From assembly GCA_041694815.1 (NCBI GenBank), contig JBGFSC010000037.1, forward strand, positions 1-41,581: a stretch of 41,581 bases of DNA. The letters run 5' to 3'. The position numbers were made by a program, and so were the translations under genes. This document shows, piece after piece, positions 34,807 to 41,581 of this stretch (position 1 is the stretch's first letter; the number at the start of each line of letters is the position of its first letter). The notes beneath the pieces were generated by a model. That model was not told the origin of the DNA, did no database searches, and was given only the letters and a program-made list of their open reading frames with translations. The DNA comes from Elusimicrobiota bacterium. GTDB lineage: Bacteria > Elusimicrobiota > Elusimicrobia > UBA1565 > JACRDR01.

Positions 34807-34831
34807 TAATTTTTGGCTTGTTTCGTACCAG

Positions 34832-35128
34832 TTATCCATTGTTGATTAGGTTTTCAAGCAGCTTGGGGATATCCTTTTCGGAGATGCCGCAGTACCAGGC
34901 GCCCTCGGGATAGACGAAGGCGTTGGGGCCCTCCGCGCAGCGGTCCAGGCAGCCGGAGCGGGCCACGCGGATGCGGGATTTAAGGCCCGCCTTCTTGACC
35001 GCCTCCTTGAGGGCGCGACAAAGCGAGTCGCCGCCGCGGCCCGGGTTGGCGCAGGCGGCGCGGCCGTCTTCGCGCGCGTTCGTGCAGACGAAAATAGTGC
35101 GCTCGTAGGGGACGGCCTTTTTTTCCAC
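34832..35128 (-). CDS. Thioredoxin-like [2Fe-2S] ferredoxin
   Basis: IFVCTN..C, SGCLDRCAEGP and VYPEGAWY motifs. Confidence 0.92.
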   Translation of the reverse strand: MEKKAVPYERTIFVCTNAREDGRAACANPGRGGDSLCRALKEAVKKAGLKSRIRVARSGCLDRCAEGPNAFVYPEGAWYCGISEKDIPKLLENLINNG

Positions 35129-35151
35129 GATTTAATAGTATCATTTCCGCC

Positions 35152-35616
35152 GTGAGGCGTTATTGGCTGATGAAATCGGAGCCGGATGTCTTTTCGATCG
35201 AGGATCTGCGCCGCCGCGAGGTGGCTGGCTGGGACGGGGTGCGCAATTACCAGGCCCGCAATTTCATGAAGGAGATGCAACTCGGCGATGAGGCCTTTTT
35301 TTATCATTCCAATGCGGACCCCCCCGGCATCGCCGGCATCATGCGGGTCTGCCGGACGGCCTATCCCGATCCCACCCAATTCGACCCCAAGGATGACCAT
35401 TACGATCCCAAGGCCACGCGCGAGAAGCCGATCTGGTATCAGGTCGACGTGCGCTACGTACGGGCCTTTCCCCGCCTGCTTCCCTTAGACGAGCTCCGGC
35501 GCTCGCCCGTGCTCGAGGGGATGGTCCTATTCAAGCGGAGCCGGCTTTCGGTGCAGCCGGTACGCCCTGCGGAATGGAAAGAGATCCTGTCCTTAGCGAA
35601 CGCCACTAGCGGCTAG
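35152..35616 (+). CDS. EVE domain protein
   Basis: YWLMKSEP, WDGVRNYQARN, FFYHS and SRLSVQPV motifs. Confidence 0.95.
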   Translation: MRRYWLMKSEPDVFSIEDLRRREVAGWDGVRNYQARNFMKEMQLGDEAFFYHSNADPPGIAGIMRVCRTAYPDPTQFDPKDDHYDPKATREKPIWYQVDVRYVRAFPRLLPLDELRRSPVLEGMVLFKRSRLSVQPVRPAEWKEILSLANATSG

Positions 35617-36399
35617 CGCCGAGCGGGCCGATCCCTTCGTAAGTATCGCTTCGAGCAGATTGCCCGTCTTTTCCGGCATACTGGTCACGTCATCAAAGAG
35701 TAAATACTGGGGATAGCGCAAGGCGATATAGCGGCCTTCCCTGACGGGACCGATCGCGATAATCTCGACACGCATGTTCGAGGCAAGCTTTATCGCGGTA
35801 AAGAACGGATCATTTTTTCCGTGCGAATAGCCCGCGCCGTCGGTCAGGACGAGCAGGTAACGATTACGTCCAGGCTGATTCTTTAAACCCTGCATATCCT
35901 TGCCTTCCAGAGAGGCGAGCAGGGCCTCGCCGTCCCAGCTCGGGCCGCCGCCGGAATTGGCGGCGCGCGCAAGCACCGCCTTTTTGTCGGTGGGGCTGCT
36001 TCGTTTGATGTTGGATGGATCGGGGCTGAAATCCTTCAAAAGTATCGGTTGGTCCGAGAAGCCGACGATGCTGTAATCGATGCCGAGCGCCTCAAAGACA
36101 TGCTGCGCGAGCGCGGTCGCCTGCAGGGTATGGTCCAGAGGTTCTCCGGCCATGGATCCGGAAAGGTCGAGCAGCAGGCGGAACTTGTACTCCCCTGAGT
36201 GCGCCGGGCTTCCTAGGAACCGTTTCTTTGCCTGGGCGACGATCGAGGAGGCCCGTCTCTTCTGATCCGCCGACAAAAGCGTGTCTGGCTTCTTAAGTTT
36301 TTCCCTGGCGTCCTTGAGGGCATCATGGGCCGACGTTGGGAGCGGAAAGAGGCAGGCGGGGAGCATCAGTAACGGGGCAAGTATCAGTTGGATTCTCAT
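35593..36399 (-). CDS. Secreted VWA-domain protein
   Basis: Signal peptide MRIQLILAPLLML, MIDAS DLSGS, VGFSD and LVLTDG. Leaderless promoter. Confidence 0.8.
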   Translation of the reverse strand: MRIQLILAPLLMLPACLFPLPTSAHDALKDAREKLKKPDTLLSADQKRRASSIVAQAKKRFLGSPAHSGEYKFRLLLDLSGSMAGEPLDHTLQATALAQHVFEALGIDYSIVGFSDQPILLKDFSPDPSNIKRSSPTDKKAVLARAANSGGGPSWDGEALLASLEGKDMQGLKNQPGRNRYLLVLTDGAGYSHGKNDPFFTAIKLASNMRVEIIAIGPVREGRYIALRYPQYLLFDDVTSMPEKTGNLLEAILTKGSARSALAASGVR

Positions 36400-36405
36400 G
36401 GCCTT

Positions 36406-36434
36406 AGTATGGGCGGTGGGCTGCGCCTTGTCAA
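36406..36434 (-). promoter_or_regulatory. Leaderless sigma70 promoter of the VWA gene
   Basis: TTGACA(36434-36429)-N17-CATACT(36411-36406)-N6-ATG. Confidence 0.8.
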
Positions 36435-37405
36435 GAGAGATTGCGTTTCCAGGCGTGCTCGCGCAGCGCCTCGAGGGTTTCGGCGGGATACGGAGGCTCT
36501 CCGGAGACCCGTACGTTAGCCTCCACATGGGAGGCCTTGCGCATGCCCGGGATCACTGTCGAGACGGCGGGAAAGCTGAGGCAGTAGCGCAGCGCCGCGT
36601 AAGCCAGGTTGGGGGCCTTGTCTCCGTCTACGAGCGCCGATTCCAGGCGCTTGGCGCGGCGGACGGTCTCGGCGAGAAGGCCTCCCGAGAAATAGCTGCT
36701 CCGGAAATCGTCCGGATCGAAGCGCGTGTCCTCGCGCAGGGCGCCGGTCAGGCCTCCCTCGTCGAACGGCACCCGGACGATCACGCCGATTTTCTTCTCG
36801 ACACAGAGGGGAAATAATTTATCCAGGGGCTCCTGCTCGAACAGGTTGAATATGACCTGTACGGTATCGATCGCCCCCGAGGCGGCGATCCTGAGCGCGC
36901 TGTTGGGCTTTCGCGAGTCGATCGATACGCCCCAGAAGCGGACCTTTCCCTGGCGGGTGAGCCGCTCCATGGCCGTCCTGGCATCGTCGAAGGCGGCCGA
37001 GTCCATCCAGGCGTCCTGCCAGACATGAAGCTGTTGCAGCTCCACTTGCTCCGCTCGCAGCTGCTTGAGGCTGCGCTCGGTGCAGCGGACGATCCAATCG
37101 CCCGGGAAGGCCTCCTGGAGGGGGCCGGCGCTCGGCCATTTGCCGTTCTTGGGAGGGACCTTCGTCGCCACCATCGCGCCGCGGCCAAACTCCTTGAAGG
37201 CGCGCGCGATCAGGGCCTCCGAATGACCGTCGCCGTAGACGTAGGCGGTGTCGAAGAAATTGATTCCCAGTTCCAGGGCCCGGCGCAGGGCGGCGAGCGA
37301 CTGGGCGTCGTCGGAGTCGGTCCACAGGGACTTGCCGATGCCCCAGGAGCCGAAGCCGATCTCGGATACTTTCAGGCCGCTGCGGCCGAGCGTTCTAAGT
37401 TGCAT
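36431..37405 (-). CDS. Aldo/keto reductase
   Basis: LGRSGLKVSEIGFG, FFDTAYVYG, ATK, SLKQL and VIPG motifs. Confidence 0.94.
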   Translation of the reverse strand: MQLRTLGRSGLKVSEIGFGSWGIGKSLWTDSDDAQSLAALRRALELGINFFDTAYVYGDGHSEALIARAFKEFGRGAMVATKVPPKNGKWPSAGPLQEAFPGDWIVRCTERSLKQLRAEQVELQQLHVWQDAWMDSAAFDDARTAMERLTRQGKVRFWGVSIDSRKPNSALRIAASGAIDTVQVIFNLFEQEPLDKLFPLCVEKKIGVIVRVPFDEGGLTGALREDTRFDPDDFRSSYFSGGLLAETVRRAKRLESALVDGDKAPNLAYAALRYCLSFPAVSTVIPGMRKASHVEANVRVSGEPPYPAETLEALREHAWKRNLS

Positions 37406-37848
37406 CGGGTTTGCCTTAAGGCCTCGAACAGGACGACTCCCGCGGCCGTCGAAAGGTTGAGCGAGCGCTCGCCCGGCAGCATGGGGATGCGGTACACGCG
37501 TTCACTGTGGCGCTCATGCACCCAGGCCGGCAACCCGCCGGTCTCCTTGCCGAAAACCAAATAGCTTCCGGGGCGGTACGGGGCGTCCCAAAATACCTGC
37601 CTTCCCTTGGTGGAAAAGAAGAACAGTGGCGCGTGCGCCGGCAGGGAATCAAGAAAGGTTTCAAGGCTTGGGTGCCGACTGAGCCTTAGGCGCGGCCAAT
37701 AATCCAGCCCCGCGCGGCGTATCTCCTTGGCGTCCAATCGAAATCCCAAGTTTCCAACCAGGTGCAATTCGGCTCCGGTCGCTACGCAGCTGCGCCCGAT
37801 ATTGCCCGTATTCCAGTGGATTTCAGGCTCAACGAGGACGATGTTCAT
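37372..37848 (-). CDS. trmL: tRNA (cytidine/uridine-34 2'-O)-methyltransferase
   Basis: PEIHWNTGNIGR, RRAGLDYW, FGKETGGLP and RSLNLS motifs. Confidence 0.93.
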   Translation of the reverse strand: MNIVLVEPEIHWNTGNIGRSCVATGAELHLVGNLGFRLDAKEIRRAGLDYWPRLRLSRHPSLETFLDSLPAHAPLFFFSTKGRQVFWDAPYRPGSYLVFGKETGGLPAWVHERHSERVYRIPMLPGERSLNLSTAAGVVLFEALRQTRCNLERSAAAA

Positions 37849-37886
37849 GCCTGGTACCGAGTGTAGCAATTTTACATAATGGTCCC

Positions 37887-38519
37887 GTGATCGACCTTTT
37901 CCTCCACTTGGACAAGCATTTGCTGGAAATCACGCAGGCCTATGGGCGCTGGAGCTACCCGCTTCTGTTTCTCATCGTCTTCTGCGAGACGGGGCTGGTG
38001 GTGACGCCCTTTCTGCCGGGCGATTCGCTGCTGTTCGCGGCCGGAGCGCTGGCGGGGATGGGAATACTCGACCCGATCTGGCTATTCGTGCTGTTGTGGA
38101 TAGCGGCCGTGGCCGGGGACACGCTCAATTATTGGATCGGCGCGAAGGTTGGGCCGCGAGCCTTTCAAGGCAATATCCGTTTCCTGAAGAAGGAATATCT
38201 TGAGCGCACGCGCGTCTTTTATGAGAAGTACGGAGGCAAGACCATCGTGCTGGCGCGATTCATGCCGATCGTGCGCACCTTCGCGCCCTTCGTGGCCGGC
38301 ATCGGAGCCATGAATTATCCGCAGTTCGTCGCCTACAACGTGATCGGGGGTTTCATCTGGGTGAGCGTCTTCATCGGCGGAGGGTATTGGTTCGGGAACC
38401 TGCCCTACGTCAAGCAGAACTTCACGTTGGTGATCATGGCCATCATCGTCCTCTCGATTCTGCCCGGGGTATTCGAGTACATCTCCCATCGGCGCGCGCA
38501 AAAGATCCGCGCCCTATGA
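37887..38519 (+). CDS. dedA: DedA family membrane protein
   Basis: FCETGLVVTPFLPGDSLLF and ARFMPIVRTFAPFVAG motifs. CATAAT lies 6 nt before the GTG. Confidence 0.95.
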   Translation: MIDLFLHLDKHLLEITQAYGRWSYPLLFLIVFCETGLVVTPFLPGDSLLFAAGALAGMGILDPIWLFVLLWIAAVAGDTLNYWIGAKVGPRAFQGNIRFLKKEYLERTRVFYEKYGGKTIVLARFMPIVRTFAPFVAGIGAMNYPQFVAYNVIGGFIWVSVFIGGGYWFGNLPYVKQNFTLVIMAIIVLSILPGVFEYISHRRAQKIRAL

Positions 38520-39907
38520 TTCTTTTCAACACGCTCACCCGAAACAAGGAGGAATTCAAGCCCTTAAGTCCTCCCGAGGTCCGGCTCTACACCTGCGGCC
38601 CGACCGTCTACAATTACCAGCATGTCGGCAATTACCGGACCTACGTATTCGAGGACGCGCTGAGGCGCTCGCTCTCTTTCCTCGGCTTTCGGGTGCGGCA
38701 TACCATGAATATCACCGACGTGGGACATCTTACCAGCCAGGCCGACGAGGGGGAGGACAAGGTCGAGCTCGAAGCGGCGCGCTCCGGCAAGAGCGCCTGG
38801 GACATCGCCCGCTTCTATACCGAGGCCTTTCTCGAGGATACGCGCAAGCTCAACATACAGCCTCCGGATGTGCTCTGCAAGGCGACGGATCACATCCCGG
38901 AGCAGATCGAGCTCGTCCGGCGATTGGAGGCCAAGGGATTCATCTATAAGGCCTCCGACGGACTCTACTTCGACACCTCGAAGTTTCCCTCGTACGGGCA
39001 GCTCATGGGCCAGGCGTATCAGGCGGGGCTCATGGCCGGAGCCCGGGTCGAGGCCAATCCGGAGAAGCGGCGGCCCAGCGATTTCGCGGTGTGGAAATTC
39101 TCGCCGAAGGACAAAAAGCGGCAGATGGAATGGGATTCTCCCTGGGGGAAAGGTTTTCCCGGCTGGCATATCGAGTGCTCCGCCATGGCGATGAAGTACC
39201 TCGGCGAGACCTTGGACATCCATTGCGGCGGCGTCGACCATATCCCGATTCACCATACCAACGAGATCGCCCAGTCGGAGGGGGCGACGGGCAAGCCCTT
39301 CGTGCGCTTCTGGCTCCACGGCGAGTTCCTGCTCATGAACAGCGCCAAGATGGCCAAATCCGCGGGCGGCTTCATCCGCCTTGCCGATCTGCAAGCCAAG
39401 GGCTACGATCCCCTCGACTACCGCTATCTCTGCCTGACGGCTCATTACCGCAAGCAGCTCGATTTTTCCTTCGAGGCCCTGGACGCGGCCAAGAGCGCCT
39501 TGCAGAAGCTGCGCGCCCGGCTGCAGTTGCTGCGCCGCGAGGCCAAGAAGCCCGGCTGCGCCGACGAGCTCGAGAAGGCGATGCAGCGCTTCAAGGAGCG
39601 CATCGCCGACGACCTGGACATGCCCGGGGCCCTGGCCGCGTTGTGGGACGCGCTCAAGGATGCCTCCTTGATGCCGGGATCCGCGCTGGCCATTTCCGAG
39701 CACGCCGACCGGGTGCTGGGCCTCAAGCTTTTGGAGGGCGCCGACGGGGAGCTCCCCGCCGAGCTCCAGGCGCTTCTCGAGCGCAGGGAAATGGCTAGGA
39801 AGGAGAAGGATTTCGCCGCCTCGGACGCCCTGCGCAAGCAGCTCGCCGAGAAGGGCGTCATCGTCGAGGACACTCCGTCCGGCCAGCGCTGGATCCGGAG
39901 AAATTGA
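38516..39907 (+). CDS. cysS: Cysteine--tRNA ligase
   Basis: CGPTVY, HVGN, PGWHIECSAM, HHTNE and KMAKS motifs. ATGA overlap with dedA. Confidence 0.98.
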   Translation: MILFNTLTRNKEEFKPLSPPEVRLYTCGPTVYNYQHVGNYRTYVFEDALRRSLSFLGFRVRHTMNITDVGHLTSQADEGEDKVELEAARSGKSAWDIARFYTEAFLEDTRKLNIQPPDVLCKATDHIPEQIELVRRLEAKGFIYKASDGLYFDTSKFPSYGQLMGQAYQAGLMAGARVEANPEKRRPSDFAVWKFSPKDKKRQMEWDSPWGKGFPGWHIECSAMAMKYLGETLDIHCGGVDHIPIHHTNEIAQSEGATGKPFVRFWLHGEFLLMNSAKMAKSAGGFIRLADLQAKGYDPLDYRYLCLTAHYRKQLDFSFEALDAAKSALQKLRARLQLLRREAKKPGCADELEKAMQRFKERIADDLDMPGALAALWDALKDASLMPGSALAISEHADRVLGLKLLEGADGELPAELQALLERREMARKEKDFAASDALRKQLAEKGVIVEDTPSGQRWIRRN

Positions 39908-40728
39908 TGCGTCCTAGGCCGAGGCGCAAGGAGCGGCACGGGCGCGGCGAAAAGCAGCGCGAACAAGACAGCTGGCGTTGGCTTTGGGGGCGGCACGCCG
40001 TCGAGGAAGCCCTCCATGCCAACCCGCGAAATGCCGTCGAGTTGTGGATACTCACCGGAAGCGAGGGGCCGCACATTCGGGAGTTGGTGCAGGCCGCCCG
40101 CGGAGCCGGCGCGAAGGTGCGCTGGGGCAGCCGCGCCGAGCTCGACCGCCTCTCTCACAGCGCGCCGCATCAGGGCCTGGCCCTCAAGACGGCGGAAAGG
40201 GCGACCGAGGGGTTTTCCACCTTCCTTGAGGGGATCGACGAGGGAGCCCGCGGCTCGACGCTGCTTGTGGCCTTAGACCAGATTCAAGACCCCCACAATC
40301 TCGGCGCCATCGCCAGATCCGCCGTCTGCCTCGGCGCCAAGGCGCTTTTAGTCCCCGAGCGGCGCACTTCTCCTGTCACGCAGGTGGCGGTGCAGGCCTC
40401 GGCCGGGGCGATCGAGAGGATTCCGGTCTTTACGATCGGCAATCTCGCCCAGACGCTGGAAAAACTGAAGAAGGAAAACTTTTGGATCTACGGCGCCGAT
40501 ATGTCCGGCGAGCCCGCTTGGAAGGCCGTGCTCAATTTCCCCATGGTGCTCGTGATCGGTTCCGAGGGTTACGGCATGCGTCCCCTGGTGCGCGAGCGCT
40601 GCGACCAGCTGATCAAGATACCGCAATCGGCCGAAGGGGTCTCTAGCCTCAACGCCTCCTGCGCGGCCAGCGTGCTGCTTTATGAGGCGGCCCGCCGGCT
40701 TAGAGGCCCTTCAGGGGCAGCGCCTTAA
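39907..40728 (+). CDS. rlmB: 23S rRNA (G2251-2'-O)-methyltransferase RlmB/TrmH family
   Basis: GRHAVEEAL, HQG, DPHNLGAI, GSEGYG and SLNAS motifs. Confidence 0.93.
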   Translation: MRPRPRRKERHGRGEKQREQDSWRWLWGRHAVEEALHANPRNAVELWILTGSEGPHIRELVQAARGAGAKVRWGSRAELDRLSHSAPHQGLALKTAERATEGFSTFLEGIDEGARGSTLLVALDQIQDPHNLGAIARSAVCLGAKALLVPERRTSPVTQVAVQASAGAIERIPVFTIGNLAQTLEKLKKENFWIYGADMSGEPAWKAVLNFPMVLVIGSEGYGMRPLVRERCDQLIKIPQSAEGVSSLNASCAASVLLYEAARRLRGPSGAAP

Positions 40729-41379
40729 CAGTTTTTCTAAGGTCGCCAGCGCCATGGCGAAATCAGCCTTCCATCGGGAGCCGGCGCAGCCGGGATAGTA
40801 GACGTTTTTGAGCGGATGCCCCCCGTCGCAAAATGGCTCCAAGGCCGCGACGCCCGTTTCGATCTGCCAGGTGTAGACTTCCACTTCGCGGCATTGGTAG
40901 TGCCGTCCGTCCGTCCATCTCGCCATGAATTCCGGCGTGCCCGAGAGCGCTCGCCATTGCTGGTAATGCCCCGCCTCGTGCATCACGACGAGGCGTATGT
41001 AGGCGCGGCAGGTTTTCTCGTCTAGACGGAAAAAATTGCAGGCAGGCCACCAGGCCAGGAATTTTCCGTTTTCATCCACTTCTCCGAAAGGAATAAGGGC
41101 TCCCGGTTTCGGGGGCCAGGAAAAGTCCCAGCGATGATCGGCCGGCAGACCCTCGTAAACGACCGACACGAAGTGGTCGAAGTGGAGGTAATTGGACCAT
41201 TCCTGGGTGTCCAGGAGTCGGTATTCCATTCCTGGCGCAAACCGCGACAGCTCTTGGACAAGCACCGCCTCGTACCAGGACTTCGAGTAAAGCAAAGGCG
41301 GTTCGGTCGGCGCCTGGGCAAAAATGGATACAGAATTGAGGAGCAACAGGGTTCCGACCAAAACTATCCGTCTGGCCAT
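40711..41379 (-). CDS. Secreted HExxH putative metallopeptidase
   Basis: Signal peptide, VVMHEAGHYQQ and a downstream REVEVY. -10-like TACGCT lies 8 nt before the ATG. Confidence 0.65.
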   Translation of the reverse strand: MARRIVLVGTLLLLNSVSIFAQAPTEPPLLYSKSWYEAVLVQELSRFAPGMEYRLLDTQEWSNYLHFDHFVSVVYEGLPADHRWDFSWPPKPGALIPFGEVDENGKFLAWWPACNFFRLDEKTCRAYIRLVVMHEAGHYQQWRALSGTPEFMARWTDGRHYQCREVEVYTWQIETGVAALEPFCDGGHPLKNVYYPGCAGSRWKADFAMALATLEKLLRRCP

Positions 41380-41416
41380 ACAGCATTAGCGTAAATCGGG
41401 GGGCGGAGGTTATCAG

Positions 41417-41454
41417 GTGTCTTTCGGCCTAGGGTGAGCTAGGAAAAAGGGCCT
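41417..41454. promoter_or_regulatory. Tandem 14-bp palindromic boxes (array E)
   Basis: GTGTCTTTCGGCCT 41417 and AGGAAAAAGGGCCT 41441, period 24. The proximal box is 23 nt from -10 TACGCT (41393-41388). Confidence 0.6.
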
Positions 41455-41540
41455 AGGCGGGTAGAACTCGTCGGGCACATCGTTACCACCTACCGAAAGA
41501 ACGAGAAATCTGTTGGATGTCGTTTAAAGAATTAAAAAGA

Positions 41541-41581
41541 ATGAGGCGCAAGCACTCCCTGACAGAACGCGAATTCGTGAC
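41541..41581 (+). CDS. Possible start of a gene running off the window (MRRKHSLTEREFV...)
   Basis: ATG after an A-rich stretch, open to the window edge. CATCGT at 41478-41483 is 23 nt downstream of array E. Confidence 0.3.
   Translation, partial: MRRKHSLTEREFV

Noticed and set aside
1..41581. tRNA, rRNA, tmRNA or SRP RNA genes and IS elements
   Set aside because: No cloverleaf or T-loop signatures, rRNA-like tracts or transposase ORFs were seen by eye. tRNAscan-SE, Infernal and ISEScan would be needed to exclude them formally.

Overview
A 41.6-kb chromosomal window from a GC-rich diderm bacterium. The gene content and the style of the orphan secreted proteins suggest Elusimicrobiota, but that is my inference and is untested. 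The housekeeping backbone is a SUF Fe-S operon (sufC-sufB-sufD-Rieske-sufS-sufU-sufT-Rrf2/IscR-NifU-C, then PHP, GDPD and nadA) with a near-perfect IscR type-1 operator, panE-folD, rpsF-ssb-rpsR-rplI-dnaB-alr-mlaE-mlaF-mlaD-radA-PIN/TRAM-ispDF, and trmL, dedA-cysS-rlmB. Accessory genes are scattered through it, several of them lower in GC: three paralogous secreted trypsin-like proteases (one truncated), signal-peptide proteins with glycine-zipper tails, a VWA protein, an HExxH protein, and decayed toxin-antitoxin modules. The strongest unexplained signal is a degenerate 14-bp palindrome (about RGGYC-N4-GGCYY) repeated at a 23-24 bp period. It sits 22-23 bp upstream of a -10-like hexamer at six promoters of orphan secreted-protein genes, which suggests a dispersed activator-controlled, mostly leaderless secretome regulon. 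Also notable are a three-hairpin structured leader RNA candidate, an excisionase-like HTH protein ending in a beta-clamp-binding-like motif, an MlaD with a C-terminal beta-barrel-like domain, and widespread leaderless gene architecture. I saw no tRNA, rRNA, CRISPR array or intact transposase/integrase. All calls are by eye; no database searches were run.
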